Shown here: in pieces, positions 25,690 through 37,631 of the stretch
How the letters are laid out: each line of letters begins with the position of its first letter
Position numbering within the stretch: position 1 is the first letter of the stretch
NCBI GenBank assembly: GCA_030390025.1
Contig: CM059438.1
Location: 61,382,001-61,446,000, forward strand
Origin: Squalus acanthias
Taxonomy: Eukaryota
DNA length: 64,000 nt
Direction of reading: 5' to 3'
Translations under genes and position numbers: made by a program
The notes under the pieces: generated by a model
What the model was told of the DNA's origin: nothing
Databases searched by the model: none
What the model saw: only the letters and a program-made list of their open reading frames with translations

Positions 25690-26130
25690 ACTGGGGAACA
25701 GAAGATTGAAAGGGGTTGTGATTCAGGTCTTAAATATGATGAGAGGCAGTGATAATGTTGATGGATGGAGGTTGTTTAACATAGACTATGATCATGAGGA
25801 GTTATCCCCAGTGTCCTGGCCAATATTTATCCCTCAACCAACTAAAGCAAATTATCTGATCATTGTCTCATTGCTGTTTGTGGCACCTTGCTGTGTGCAA
25901 ATTGGCTGCTGTGTTTCCTACTTTACAACAGTGTAAAGTGCTTTGGGACGTCCTGAAAGGCACTATATAAATGCAAGTCTTTCTTTATAGAGCTGGCATC
26001 AAGTAAGGACAAAGATTAGATTATTTTTCTACCACAGAGAGTGGATATGAGGAATGGACTCCCAGCAAGTGTGGCTGATTCTAAGTGTGTTAAAACTTTC
26101 AAAGAAAAGAGCTGGATAAATATCTATTGA
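25690..26130 (+). mobile_element. Old CR1 fragment interrupted by a Deu-SINE 3' half (25797-25985)
   Basis: RRLKG..IQV..MMRG before the SINE; SINE tail aaatgcaagtc. Confidence 0.6.
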
Positions 26131-26519
26131 AGAACAAGACTCATGGAACACAGCGGTTATTGTGCTGTTCAGATGATAGTTGAGTCTTCTGTCTTTTGTA
26201 ACTGGTTGGCATTCTGAGTGTGGGTTGTAAATAATACTCTGAGATTTTTCTCACTTTGGGAGGGGTCTGGTGAGCTTAAAATAGTTTTTAAGTGCCTGTT
26301 AACAAGCTCTTAATAATCTAAATTTCCTCCCCCGCCGCTTGTTGTTGGGTCTGTTCAGCGATGACAGACCCAACATCTGGGAGACTAGCGTGGAGGCAGG
26401 TTCACAGCGGGTTCCCTATCAACTGTCAAACAAAAATTCCTAGCTGACCCGCCACCAAACGTGCCCGCTGACCCCCCGAAAAATTCCCCCCATGATAGGG
26501 CAAATTGTACATGGCAGGG

Positions 26520-27330
26520 GGGTGGGGGGGGAGAGTGATTTTAACCGCTCAAAGCTGGAGGGGTCCTTTTTTGCACATGCATGTCATGTCCCAATGACTG
26601 CAATCCTTACCAGGTGGCCTGAGCGGGAAGCAGCAGTGGCCAAGCCAACACAGCGATGAAGAGGATCGGGACCAAAAGAGGCGCAAAAATGTACATTTTT
26701 TTTAACTTTCCTTCTGGGGCCAGGAGGATCAAGCGTGCTCCTCCAGGCCCCACAAGAAAAGCCTAGGCCTCCCCCGCCACGGTCTTGCCCCCACCCCCCG
26801 CCACTTCCGATCACGGGAGCCCCGCAGGATAGCCCGGCCATCGGTCCCGCCATTTACCTGCTGTTGGCGGGAGGCCATGCAATTTTCCACCGCTTCCCAC
26901 CTGGAATGGTTGGAAATGGTTGCTCAGTCTTTGAGTATATTCAGCGTAAGAACATAGGAGCAGGAGTCGGCCACACTGTCCCTCGAGCCTGCTCTGCCAT
27001 TCAATAAGATCATGGCTGATCATCGACCTCAACTCCCCTTTCCCACCCGAACTCCATATCCCTTGATTCCCCTAGAGTCCAAAAATCTATCTATCTCAGC
27101 CTTGAATATGCTCAACTATACTCAAGACAGAGATTGATAGATTTTTGGATAATAAGGAAGCCAGGAGATATGGGGATAGTGCGGGAAGGTGGAGTTGAGG
27201 TCGAAGATCAGCCATGATCTTATTGAATGGCCTTGCAGTCTCGAGGGGCTGAATGGCCGACTCCTGCTCCTATTTTTTATGTTCTTATGTAAGTCAGCCG
27301 GCAGGATTTAAATGAGGCCTCGGAATTAAA
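26520..27330. mobile_element. Non-autonomous DNA element containing head-to-head CR1 tails (26947-27290)
   Basis: ggggccaggagg..ggccccacaa motif; inverted CR1 3' ends. Confidence 0.55.
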
Positions 27331-27869
27331 ATACCCCGAACCTTATTTTTGGAGTTGAGGGTGAGCTTCTCACAACATAGACCAGTTGGGCCGAATGGTC
27401 TGTTTCTGGTCTATAACTTCAATACCAATGTCAATGTCAACTTACACTGCTGCTCCTTGCCTAAATCTGGCCCGGAGTTAAAATCACAGTCCATGGTTTG
27501 TGGATGGAACAGGCTTGAGGAGCCAAAAGGCTTCTTTTATTCTGTAATTTCTCACATTCTTGAAACCTTTTGGAACATAAGAAAATAAAGGATCAGAAAA
27601 GAATGTTTTGCCACAGGGAGTGGCTGAACTGCAGAACATTGCATCTTGTTAAGAGAGAATTGGATAAATATTTGGCGCCTAGAAAGCTATAGGACTATAG
27701 TGAGAGAACATGGCAGTGGGATTAGTTCTGGATTGCTCGAGCAAAGAGCTAGCACAGACACGATGGGCCAAATGATGCTGTAAACCTCTATAATTCTATG
27801 GTCCTTCTGGCTGGCTCCAGAATTCAAAAACAGGATACAACGTTTGCTGGTGGGCAGACACAAAATGTC

Positions 27870-28282
27870 CTCAAAAAAAGCTAATGGAATGTTGGCCTTT
27901 ATCTCAAGGGGGTTGGAATTTAAAGGGGAGAAAATTATGCTTCAGTTGTATAAAGCCTCGGTCAGACCCCATCTGGAGTACTGCATTCAACTTTGGAAAC
28001 CGCACCTCTGGAAGGATATGTTGGCCTTGGAGGGGGTGCAGCGCAGGTTCACCAGAATGATACCGGGGCTTAAAGGGTTAAATGTTGAGGGCAGGTTGCA
28101 CAGACTTGTTTTGTATTCCTTTGAGTATGGAAGATTGAGGGTGAGCTGATTGAGGTGTTTAAAATGTTAAAAGAATTTGATAGAGTAAATGGAGTTGAGG
28201 TGCAGATCAGCCTTGATCTAATTGAATGGCGGAACAGGCTTGAGGGGCTGAATAGCCTATTCCTGTTCCTAATGTTCTTATG
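27870..28282 (+). mobile_element. CR1 LINE fragment with internal deletion
   Basis: KKANGMLAFI..VRPHLEYC..RRFTRMIP. Confidence 0.88.
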
Positions 28283-28474
28283 CTACCTTTATCCCTCAGT
28301 TGATTTTCTCACCAAAGCTCTGTTCAAATCTGTCTCAAAAGTACTGATGTCATCAGCCTGATCCATTACTCAACAGAACACCCACAACCCCAACCCCACC
28401 AAAACATGAAATTGTACATTTCCAATATTGATGTCACTCTAATCTAGTCCTTGAACATTCTCTTTGTTCTACAG

Positions 28475-28935
28475 TGTCAGCTGTGGCTCAGTTGGTAGCA
28501 CACTCGCCTCTGAGTCAGAAGGTTGTGGGTTTAAGTCCCACTCCGGGGACTTGAGCACATGAAGCTAGGCTGATGCGCAGTGCTGAGGGAGTGCTGCACT
28601 GTCGGAGGTGCCGTCTTTCGGACGAGATGTTAAACCGGGGCCCCGTCTGCTCTCTCAGGTGGATGTAAAAGATCCCATGGCACTATTTCGAAGAAGAGTA
28701 GGGGAATTCTCCCCGGTGTCCTGGCCAATATTTATCCGTCAACCAACATAACAAAAACAGATTATCTGGTCATTATCACATTGGTTGTTTGTGGGACCTT
28801 ACTGTGCACACATTGGCTTCTGTGTTTCCCACATTACAACAGTGACTCCACTCCAAAAGTGCTCCATTGACTGTAAAGCGCTTTGAGACGTCTGGTGGTC
28901 GTGAAAGGCGCTATACAAATGCAAGTCTTTCTTTT
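28475..28935 (+). mobile_element. Deu-domain SINE, full length
   Basis: Similar to 6184-6645. Confidence 0.88.
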
Positions 28936-29232
28936 GTTTTTTACCAGCAAACTGCTCCTGTAAGAGAGCCAGAAGGCTTTGCAGTGTCACATGGACACTG
29001 ACAGTCATTACATACTGATCTGCAACACTAGCCTTGCTCTCAAGTGATTCATATTCAGTAACAATGGGGACAACTTCACAAAATCACGCTCCCAGCAGGG
29101 AGCCTCACACGCCCAAAGCTCAAATCAAGAATATGCGGTCCATGATTCTGCATCAAAATTACTGGATGGGAAACCGTGCTCAAATTCCCCATATGCATTC
29201 CTAGCAGTGTAATTACATCAAATCAGCCCTAT

Positions 29233-29785
29233 TGTCAACCGGTGGCTCAGTAGTAGTTCTGTCACCTTTGATTCAGAAGGTTGTGGATTCAAGCCCCGCT
29301 CCACAGACTTGAGGACAGAATCTAGGCTGGCACTTCAGTGCAGTGCTGAGGAAGTGCTATACTGTCAGAGGTGCCGTCTTTCAGATAAGATGTTAAGTCA
29401 ATGCTCTCTCAGGTGAAAGATCCTATGGTGCTGTTTCGAAAAAGAGCAGGGGAGTTCTCCCCGGTGTCCTGGCCAACATTTATCCTTCAACCATCACCTA
29501 AAACCAATGATTTGGTCATTATCACATTGCTGTTTATGGGACCTTGCTGTGTGCAACTTGGCTGCAGCATTTTCTACATTACGACAGTGACTACACTACC
29601 AAAGCACTTTGGGATGTCGGGACATGAAAGGAGCTATAGAAATGGAAAAAGGAGCAATCCCCATTTATTCTCCTGCGCAACAAAAGTGACTGCACTCTCG
29701 AGTAATTGATTGAATGCAAAGTGTTTTGGGATGTTTCTGAGATGGTATAAGGGGCTATATATAAATGTAAATCCTTTTTTCTTTA
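29233..29785 (+). mobile_element. Deu-domain SINE plus extra tail fragment
   Basis: Similar to 6184-6645, more diverged. Confidence 0.8.
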
Positions 29786-30302
29786 TTACATAGAATTCAA
29801 ATGAACTGAATTCTTTTCCACGAACTCCCATTCAATAGAATTCGAATCAGGCAAATAGCCTCGCCATTCATTCCCGTTATATAGATTCCCGGTGGACCAA
29901 ACCCTTTCCTACTCATTCCCATGTTGTCAAATTCTAAGATCCCAAACAAAACACGTTCCTCAGTAATCTGGTTTGTGACACATTGTGCACTATCCAATGT
30001 CAAACTTCAGTTTGAAACAGCAGCACATTCAACAAGACTGATATCTCTATCTGTGTTTTTACTCCCAAGTTTTCGATTTGCAAGTGGGCCCTGCCACTGG
30101 CTAAGTGATTAAACGGACTGTGGCACAAAAACTTTTAAATTGGTTTTGTTTAATTCACAGTTTCTAGACAACCCTTGTGTGAGTAGAAATTATCTTGGAG
30201 CACTGGTAATTCACCTATTGGATTTAACTGTATTTAATGCTGGAGTGAGGCAGATATAATCTGTCTTTATAGCCCTCAATCAAAACACCAAACAAACAGA
30301 TT

Positions 30303-31796
30303 GGGGGCGATTTTCGGCAGCGCGTTTAGGCACTAACGACCCTGCGAGGTGGCCAAGCTGGGGTCTTGAGCTGAAACGTCGGTTTAGCCCGCGTTTAAAA
30401 AAGAAAGACTTACATTTATACAGCGCATTTCACAACCACCGGACGTCTCAAAGCGCTTTACAGCCAATGAAGTAGTTTTGGAGTGTAGTCACTGTTGTAA
30501 TGTGGGAAACGCAGCAGCCAAATTGCGCACAGCAAGCTCCCACAAACAGCAATGTGATAATGACCAGATAAACTTTTTTTTTTGTTTATGTTGATTGAGG
30601 GATAAATATTGGCCAGGACACCGGAGATAACTCCCCTGCTCTTCTTCGAAATAATGCCATGGGATCTGAGAGAGCAGACTCGGTTTAACATCGCATCCGA
30701 AAGACGGCACCTCCGACAGTGCAGCACTCCCTCAGAGTGTCAACCTAGATTTATGTGCGAAAGTCCCTGGAGTGGGACTTGAACCCACAACCTTCTGACT
30801 CAGAGGCGAGTGTGCTACCAGCTGGGCCACAGCTGACACTTTAGCAGCAGACGCCATCTTGTAAAGGAGTTGAAGCTTGCGCTAGAAACTGCAGCTGGAG
30901 GATCGTTAAGGGGCTGATTGTCACTTTAAATGCCTGCTAGCGTCATTAAGGAGGCTGCACAGCATTTTGGTGGCTAGCGCTTGGCCTAATGCCCTCTCCT
31001 AACAACCTCCAACTGATTGGGAGTAAGCACGGCGTTCATATCGATTTCAAGTGCTACTTAAAGGGATACTCACCATTTCATGTTCACTTGCTGCTGGAGC
31101 TGTGAAGAGGACCTCTGAAACACATCGGGAGACTTTCTGGGACACTTTGTCAAGACTTCACCAACACTCGAGCAACATTTATTTAGGAAATTCTCTGAGG
31201 ACTTCACTTAAAAAGATTGAGTGCTGTGCTACTTTACCTTATTGGACACCTTACAGGAGCCACCAGGAGAAAGGGAGCGCTTGGTCATGGGCATCTTGCG
31301 AGGGGTCTCCCTTGGTCTGCAGGAGGAATGGGAGGAGGACATGAGGCCAGGCAGAGCCGCACCAGCTGCTGCAGGAGAGAGGGACAGGAGGGCGAGGTGG
31401 CGTCCTTCCTGCCTGCGGGTACAGGACATCCCTCCTCCTCTGGACATCCTCCACCAGGACCCCACAGTGCCGTGTCCGAGAACCTGTGCGCCCCCTCCCT
31501 CGGTCCCTGAGCCATCCTGCAATGTGCCGCTGTGTGCCAGCCAGAGCACTCCACACCCACAGTGGAAGTGGGTGCATGGAGCCCACATATATTGCTCCAC
31601 AAAATTTGCATCTAATCAGCACATGAGTGCTCAACTCCCAGATGTCTGGTTTTAGCGCCTCCAGGCAAGTTCAAATTGTGGTAATCAACAAATAGGACCA
31701 AAATTGTGCGCTAAATCCAGACTTTCAAACAGGCGTGTCTTATTAGCACAGCACTCATTTAGCACCTATTTTCACTCTTTGGCCAAAATAACCCCC
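30303..31796. mobile_element. PIF/Harbinger internal-deletion derivative
   Basis: TIR gggggcgattttcggc / ggccaaaataaccccc; ATT TSD; minus-strand RFSDTAL..VLVEDVQRRRDVLYP Myb/SANT remnant. Confidence 0.85.
30398..30838 (-). mobile_element. Deu-domain SINE nested in the Harbinger element
   Basis: Reverse complement of 6184-6645; absent from the related elements at 50528 and 52922. Confidence 0.88.
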
Positions 31797-32044
31797 ATTA
31801 ACTGGTCGTTCGTCTAATTTCTGTTTGTGGGATCTTGCTGTGCACAAAAATAGCTGCCGTCTCCATAACTACAGTCACTGCAATCCAAAGTAATTAACTG
31901 CAAGCATTTATCAAAGGCTCCCAAATCTCCAGATTGCAAGAGTAGACTCCTGAGATTTGGAATTACGTAATCAGTAGACATCCTGAGAACTGTGAGCAGT
32001 GATGGAGGAGGCTGCAGCAATTGCCAACATCCCATACCTACATG

Positions 32045-32661
32045 CATAGGAACATTAGGAACAGGAGCAGGCCATTCAGCATGTGCCACCATTCAATAAG
32101 ATCATATGACCACATCTGGAGTACTGTGCACAGTTCTGGGCACCGCACCGTAGAAAGGATATATTGGCCTTGAAAGGAGTGCGGCGCAGATTCACCAGAA
32201 TGTTACCAGGGCTCCAAGCGTTAGATTATGAGGAGAGATTACATAAACTGAGCTTGTATTCCTTGGAATATAGAATGTTAAGAGGTGATTTGATTGAGAT
32301 TTTTAGGATTTTGAAAGGAATTGATGGGGTAGATAGAGAGAAACTTTTTCCGCTAGTGGGGGAGTCTAGGACAATGGGACATAACCTTAAAATCAGAGCT
32401 AGGCCATTCAGGAGAGAAGTTAGGAAACACTTCTTAATACAAAGGGTGGTAGAAATGAGGAACTCTCTCCCACAAAAAGCAGTAGATGCCAACTCAATTA
32501 ATAATTTCAAATCTGAGATCGATAGATATTTGCTAGTCAAGGGTATTAAGGGATATGGAGCCAAGGCTGATGGATGGAAATAGGATACGGAACAGCCATG
32601 ATTTCATTGAATGGCGGAACAGGCTCAAAGGGCTGAATGGCCTCCTCCTGTTCCTATGTTC
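32045..32661 (+). mobile_element. CR1 3' fragment preceded by an inverted CR1 tail
   Basis: PHLEYC..RGDLIE..GHNLKI on plus; minus-strand tail at 32045-32105. Confidence 0.88.
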
Positions 32662-32905
32662 CTCTGTATCTAACCCATGCTGTAACTGCCCTGGGAGTGT
32701 TTGATGGGACAGTGTAAAGGGAACTTTACTCTGTGTCTAACCCATTCTGTACCTGCCCTGGGAGTGTTTGATGGGACAGTGTAAAGGGAACTTTACTCTG
32801 TGTCTAACCCATGCTGTACCTGCTCTGGGAGTGTTTGATGGGACAGTGTAAAGGGAACTTTACTCTGTATCTAGCCGATGCTGAACCTGCCCTATGAATG
32901 TTGGT
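32662..32905. repeat. 67-bp tandem repeat, ~3.6 copies
   Basis: Unit starts at 32662, 32729, 32796 and 32863 (ctctgtatctaaccc...gggaacttta). Confidence 0.93.
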
Positions 32906-33442
32906 GGTGGCACTATGTCAAAGAATGGAAATTGACTTGCAATGAGGGAGTGTGCTGAAAGGCACTCCAATCCCACTGGAATCAGTGTTGAGCTCTGGTC
33001 TTGTTTGTTTGATTTTAAACATCCTTAAACAGGATCTGCCCACAGGAGCTTGTTTACAAAGTTGGCAAGATGTGAAACAAGTCAAATACCATAACAAAGC
33101 CGCATTCCCTGTGAGCGCGAGTACACTCTGTTTGTTCCGCAGATAACAGAGGAAGCCTCTCTTGTACAGACTGCTGAAGGGCTGTTCCGCTTTTGATTTT
33201 CATTCCGTGGCCTCCACACTTACATTGGGGAAATGGCTGTATGGAGCGTCAACGTGCTGTGCCGCAGAATGAGGACTCACATGCCGAATTCTACGCTGAG
33301 CCCCTGATCTAAACCAGACTTCGCCTCTGAGTCAAAAGGTCGTGGGTTCAGAGACCCACTCCAGAGACTTGAGTGCATTGTGTTTATTTTGTGTGTGGAT
33401 GTACCCTTGTGCCTTGGTATATTTTATCTACATTACAGGAGG

Positions 33443-33912
33443 TGTCAGCTGTGGCTCAGTGGCAGCACTCTCGCCTCTGAGTCAGAAGGTCAGGGGTTGA
33501 AGTCCCACTCCAGAGACTTCAGCGCATAATCTATGCTGGCGCTCCAGTGCAGCACTCCCTCAGTGCTGCACTGTCAAAGGTGCTGCCTTTCAGATGAGAC
33601 ATTAAACTGAGGCCCTGTCTACCCTCTCAGGTGGACGCGAACGATCCCATGGTACTGTTTAGCAGAAGAGCAGGGTAGTTCTCCCTGGTGTCTTGGTCAA
33701 TATTTATCCCTGAAAATCACAACATCATTAAAAAAAAAACAGATTTTCTGGTCATTATCACATTGCTGTTTGTTGTGGGAGCTTGCTGTGCACAAATTGG
33801 CTGCCACGTTTCCTACATTACAACAGTGACTGCACTTCAAAGGGTGGCTGGAAAGCGCTTTGGGACATCCTGAGTTTGTGAAAGGCGCCATAGAAATGCA
33901 AGTTCTTTCTTT
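33443..33912 (+). mobile_element. Deu-domain SINE (an extra head fragment lies at 33320-33372)
   Basis: Similar to 6184-6645. Confidence 0.85.
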
Positions 33913-34739
33913 ATTTTGGGGAGTGAACATCAGGTTTCTTCATAGGGAGAGAAATAAAACCTTCTAGCAGTGGAACAGGCCTGGGTCCAGGTGTTATTGG
34001 CTACCGACACACTCACTAGGAGATGCTGCCTGACTTGAGGAGATCAATGAACTAGAAAGGAAAGAAGTATTTATGAGGTCCTTCACAATTATTTCCTCGG
34101 GTTGTCTGGACCAAAGCCTTGGTGGCCTTTGTGTTCCAAATAGTTTGGTTAGGTGAGAACATCAAGAGATATGGAGCAAAGGCGGGAAAATGGAGTTGAG
34201 GTGCAGATCGGTCATTATCTAATTGAATGGCGAGCAGACTCAAGGGCCGAATTCTGTTCCTAACGTTCCGAATCAAATTATTGACTCTTTGAAGGGCTTT
34301 GAATATTTTAATTGCAGTCTCAAATTGGGCATTAAAAATGGTTTCTGTTGTGACATTCCAACCTCATGGTGACGATAACACGCAAACAGTCTTACTTCAC
34401 GTTTGGTTAAGACTGAGGGTTCACACAGATGTGCAATATGACTGTGATGGAATGACATCCATCCGGTATCAAGTTATAGGGATTTCTGTATTGTACATCT
34501 TCATACGAATTTGCAGTCAAGACAGTGAGATTTTTACAATGGAAACCATGTCTGTTGAGAATTTATAAACCCGAGGCTAGGCCCCTTCTGAGTACACCAG
34601 ACATCCTTGACTATGAAAACATTGAAGGACAGAGGAATGTGAAGCCAGATTGCCATTCTACTCTTGTCATATCCTTTTCCCCTACTCACTCACTGGTACA
34701 AGGTCATATCCATGAGCATAAAAGCATTACATACTACAC

Positions 34740-34956
34740 TCTGGAATTCCCTCCCCGAACCCCTCTGCCTCTCTACCTCTCTCCCCCCTTTAAGGCCCTG
34801 CTTGAAAGCCACCACTCTGGCCAAGCTTTTAGTCCCACTTCCAAATATCTCCTTCTTTGTCTCGGCCTCCATTTTTCTCCGATTACGCTTCTGTGAAGCG
34901 CCTTGCAACGATTTTCTACTTTAAAGGCGCTATACATATGCAAATTGTTGTTGTTA
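34740..34956 (+). mobile_element. L2 LINE 3' tail
   Basis: ctggaattccctccc..aaggcgctata..(gtt)n. Confidence 0.8.
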
Positions 34957-35133
34957 TCGTAGAGCAAGCTCTGTTTGAAGCTTTCTCTTGGAGCCAACAT
35001 TTGTGACATATGTTCTTCCTCTGTTACTGAGGGCCTGGAACGGCAGCCTACCAGAGTGAACCAGAGCAAGGCGGCACCTCACACCACGTTGCATCAATCT
35101 CAACGGTATTTGAAAGCACCAGCTATGCATAGT

Positions 35134-35725
35134 GGGGTAGATTTTGAATGCTCTCGCCTGGCATTAACGGGGCAGTAACGGCCTCAAAATGGGCCTTAGG
35201 GCGATGTGCCAACTCCATTTTGAAAGGGGGCTACTCCAGGGTGTCCAAAGCGCCTGCCTGTTTTAGGCGATAGGCCCCTTTTAATATGGAAATCGGAGTC
35301 CTATGATGTAAATAGGGCTCCTGTTTGCCATTTTAGGGTGGAACTGGTCGGAGGCTGTGCAGTGCACACTCCAACCAGTTCCAGGGCGATGGCAGGGGAG
35401 AGGCCCAGCAAAGGTAAGTCTTGGGTTATTTTTGTGAGCCCCAGAGGAGCAGGAGGGCACCCCTGGGGCCCCACAAAAGTAATCTGGGCGCTGCAGCCCG
35501 GGATCCCCCCACCCACCACGATCGCGACCCCCCCACAAGCACCGTACCTTGCCGGCGGCAGCTCTGGCCCAATGGTCAGACTTCAACCTGGCGAGCTGCA
35601 CCGGGACACACGTTTGGTGCCCTGCAGCTCACCTGCCAAAATTAAATGAGGCCGAGGCCTCAAAATCACAGGAGGGTCTCTTCACTGCTGGAATGGGTGG
35701 CCGGCCAAAAGTCAAAATCTACTTC
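35134..35725. mobile_element. Non-autonomous Harbinger-type element
   Basis: TIR ggggtagattttga / tcaaaatctacttc; AGT/AGT TSD. Confidence 0.75.
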
Positions 35726-35786
35726 AGTACGTTTGAAGCAGTGGCTCCAGGTGAGTCACAGTGCACAAGGTGGTGTTATCAGAGGA

Positions 35787-36566
35787 TAAGAAGGGCAGAT
35801 GTCAATGACGAAGTCCAACACCACCTTCAGTGTGCCAGTGCAGCCTTCGGTCGCCCGAGAAAGAGAGTGTTTGAAGACCAGGACCTCAAACCCAGCACCA
35901 AGCTCATGGTCTACAGAGCAGTAGTGATACCCGCCCTCCTGTATGCCTCAGAGACATGGACCATGTACAGCAGGCACCTCAAAGCACTGGAGAGGTACCA
36001 CCAACGCTGCCTCCGCAAGATCCTGCAAATCCATTGGCAGGATAGGCGCACCAACGTCAGTGTTCTCGCTCAGGCCAACATCCCCAGCATCGAAGCTTTG
36101 ACCACGCTCGATCAGCACCGATGGATGGGCCACATCGTCCGCATGCCCGATACGAGACTCCCAAAACAAGCGCTCTACTCGGAGCACCAACACGGCAAGA
36201 GAGCCCCAGGTGGGCAGAGGAAACGCTTCAAGGACACCCTCAAAGCCTCCTTGAAAAAGTGCAACATCCCCACCGACACCTGGGAATCCCTGGCCCAAGA
36301 CCGCACAAAGTGGAGGAGAAGCATCCGGGAAGGCGCCGAACACCTCGAGTCTCTTCGCCGGGAGCAAGCAGAAGCCAAGCGCAAACAGCAGAAGGAGCGC
36401 ACGTCAACCCAAGCACCCCACCCACCCACCCCTTCAACCACTGTCTGCCCCACCTGTGACAGAGACTGTAGGTCCCGCATTGGACTCATCGGTCACCTGA
36501 GAACTCATTTTTAATGTGGAAGCAAGTCATCCTCGGTTCCGAGGGACTGCCTAAGAAGAAGAAGAA
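35787..36566 (+). mobile_element. RTE-clade LINE, 5' truncated, young
   Basis: Open frame LLYASETWT..RLPKQALY..CPTC..HLRTH; (aag)n tail; 12-bp TSD gttatcagagga. Confidence 0.93.
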
Positions 36567-36594
36567 GTTATCAGAGGAGGAGCAGGAATCTGGT

Positions 36595-37445
36595 GGAAAC
36601 ACTCAGCATGTCAGACAGCATCTGTGGAGAGAGAAACAGAGTTAACGTTTCAGGTCTGTGACCCTTCGTCAGAACTGGAAAAAGTTAGAGATGCAAGAGG
36701 TTTTAAGCAGGTGCAGTGGCAGGGAAAGGGGGGAGAGGAGGAAAGAACAAAAGGGACGGTCTGTGATAGAGTGGAAGGCAGGAGAGATTAAATGTTGCAA
36801 ATGGGGATGGCAGAATCATCAACAGCTGCCATGTGAAAAAATTGGGGCCGGGGTTATAGTCTGAAATTGTTGAACTCGATGTTGAGTCCAGAAGGCTGTA
36901 AAGTGCCTAATCGAAAGATGAGGTGCTGTTCCTCGAGCTTACTTTGAGCTTTGTTGGAACAGTGTAAGAGGCCGAGGACAGAGTGGGAGTGGAGCGGAGG
37001 ATTAAAGTGATAGGCGACTGGAAACTCGGGGTCACCCTTACGGACTGAACGGAGGTGCGGAACACGTAGGCACTTTACAGCCTTCTGGACTCAACATTGA
37101 GTTCAACAATTTCAGATTATAACCTCTGCCCCTACTTTTTCAGGCAGCAGCTGTTGATGATTCTGCCATTCCCATTTGCAACATTTAATCTCTCCTGCCT
37201 CCCAGCCTATCCCAGACCGTCCCTTTTGTTCTTTTCTCTCCCCCCCCACCCCCACCCCCACTTTCCCTGCCTCTGCACCTGCTTAAAACCTGTTGCATCC
37301 CTTAACTTTTTCCAGTTCTGACGAAGGGTCATCGACCTGAAACGTTAACTCTGTTTCTCTCTCCGCGGACGCTGCCTGACCTGCTGAGCGTTTCCAGCAT
37401 TTTCTGTTGTGATTTCAGATTTCCAGCATCCGCAGTGTTTTGCTG
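36595..37445. mobile_element. Penelope-like family B: two 3' fragments head-to-head
   Basis: Minus copy 36595-37058 and plus copy 37066-37445; hammerheads at 36640-36676 (-) and 37314-37350 (+). Confidence 0.85.
37314..37350 (+). ncRNA. Minimal hammerhead ribozyme motif
   Basis: agtt CTGACGA A gggtc-atc-gacct GAAA cgtt aact. Confidence 0.7.
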
Positions 37446-37631
37446 TTGTAGCAGGAATCTGCTGCCTGGAGGGACTGTGCCAACCTCTTGTACCCTGGTG
37501 AAACCAGCAGTGCAGGAAATTGGGCAGTCCAGCAATGCTCCTGTTGCTTTTCAATGGGAAAGGAGATGAAAGTGCTCAGAAACACATCAGTCACCTGCTT
37601 GATACATCTATGGGCAGAAAATGGGTTGATA

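Noticed and set aside
35549..36514. 321-aa host gene
   Set aside because: Chance fusion of a MITE end and a 5'-truncated RTE ORF bounded by a TSD
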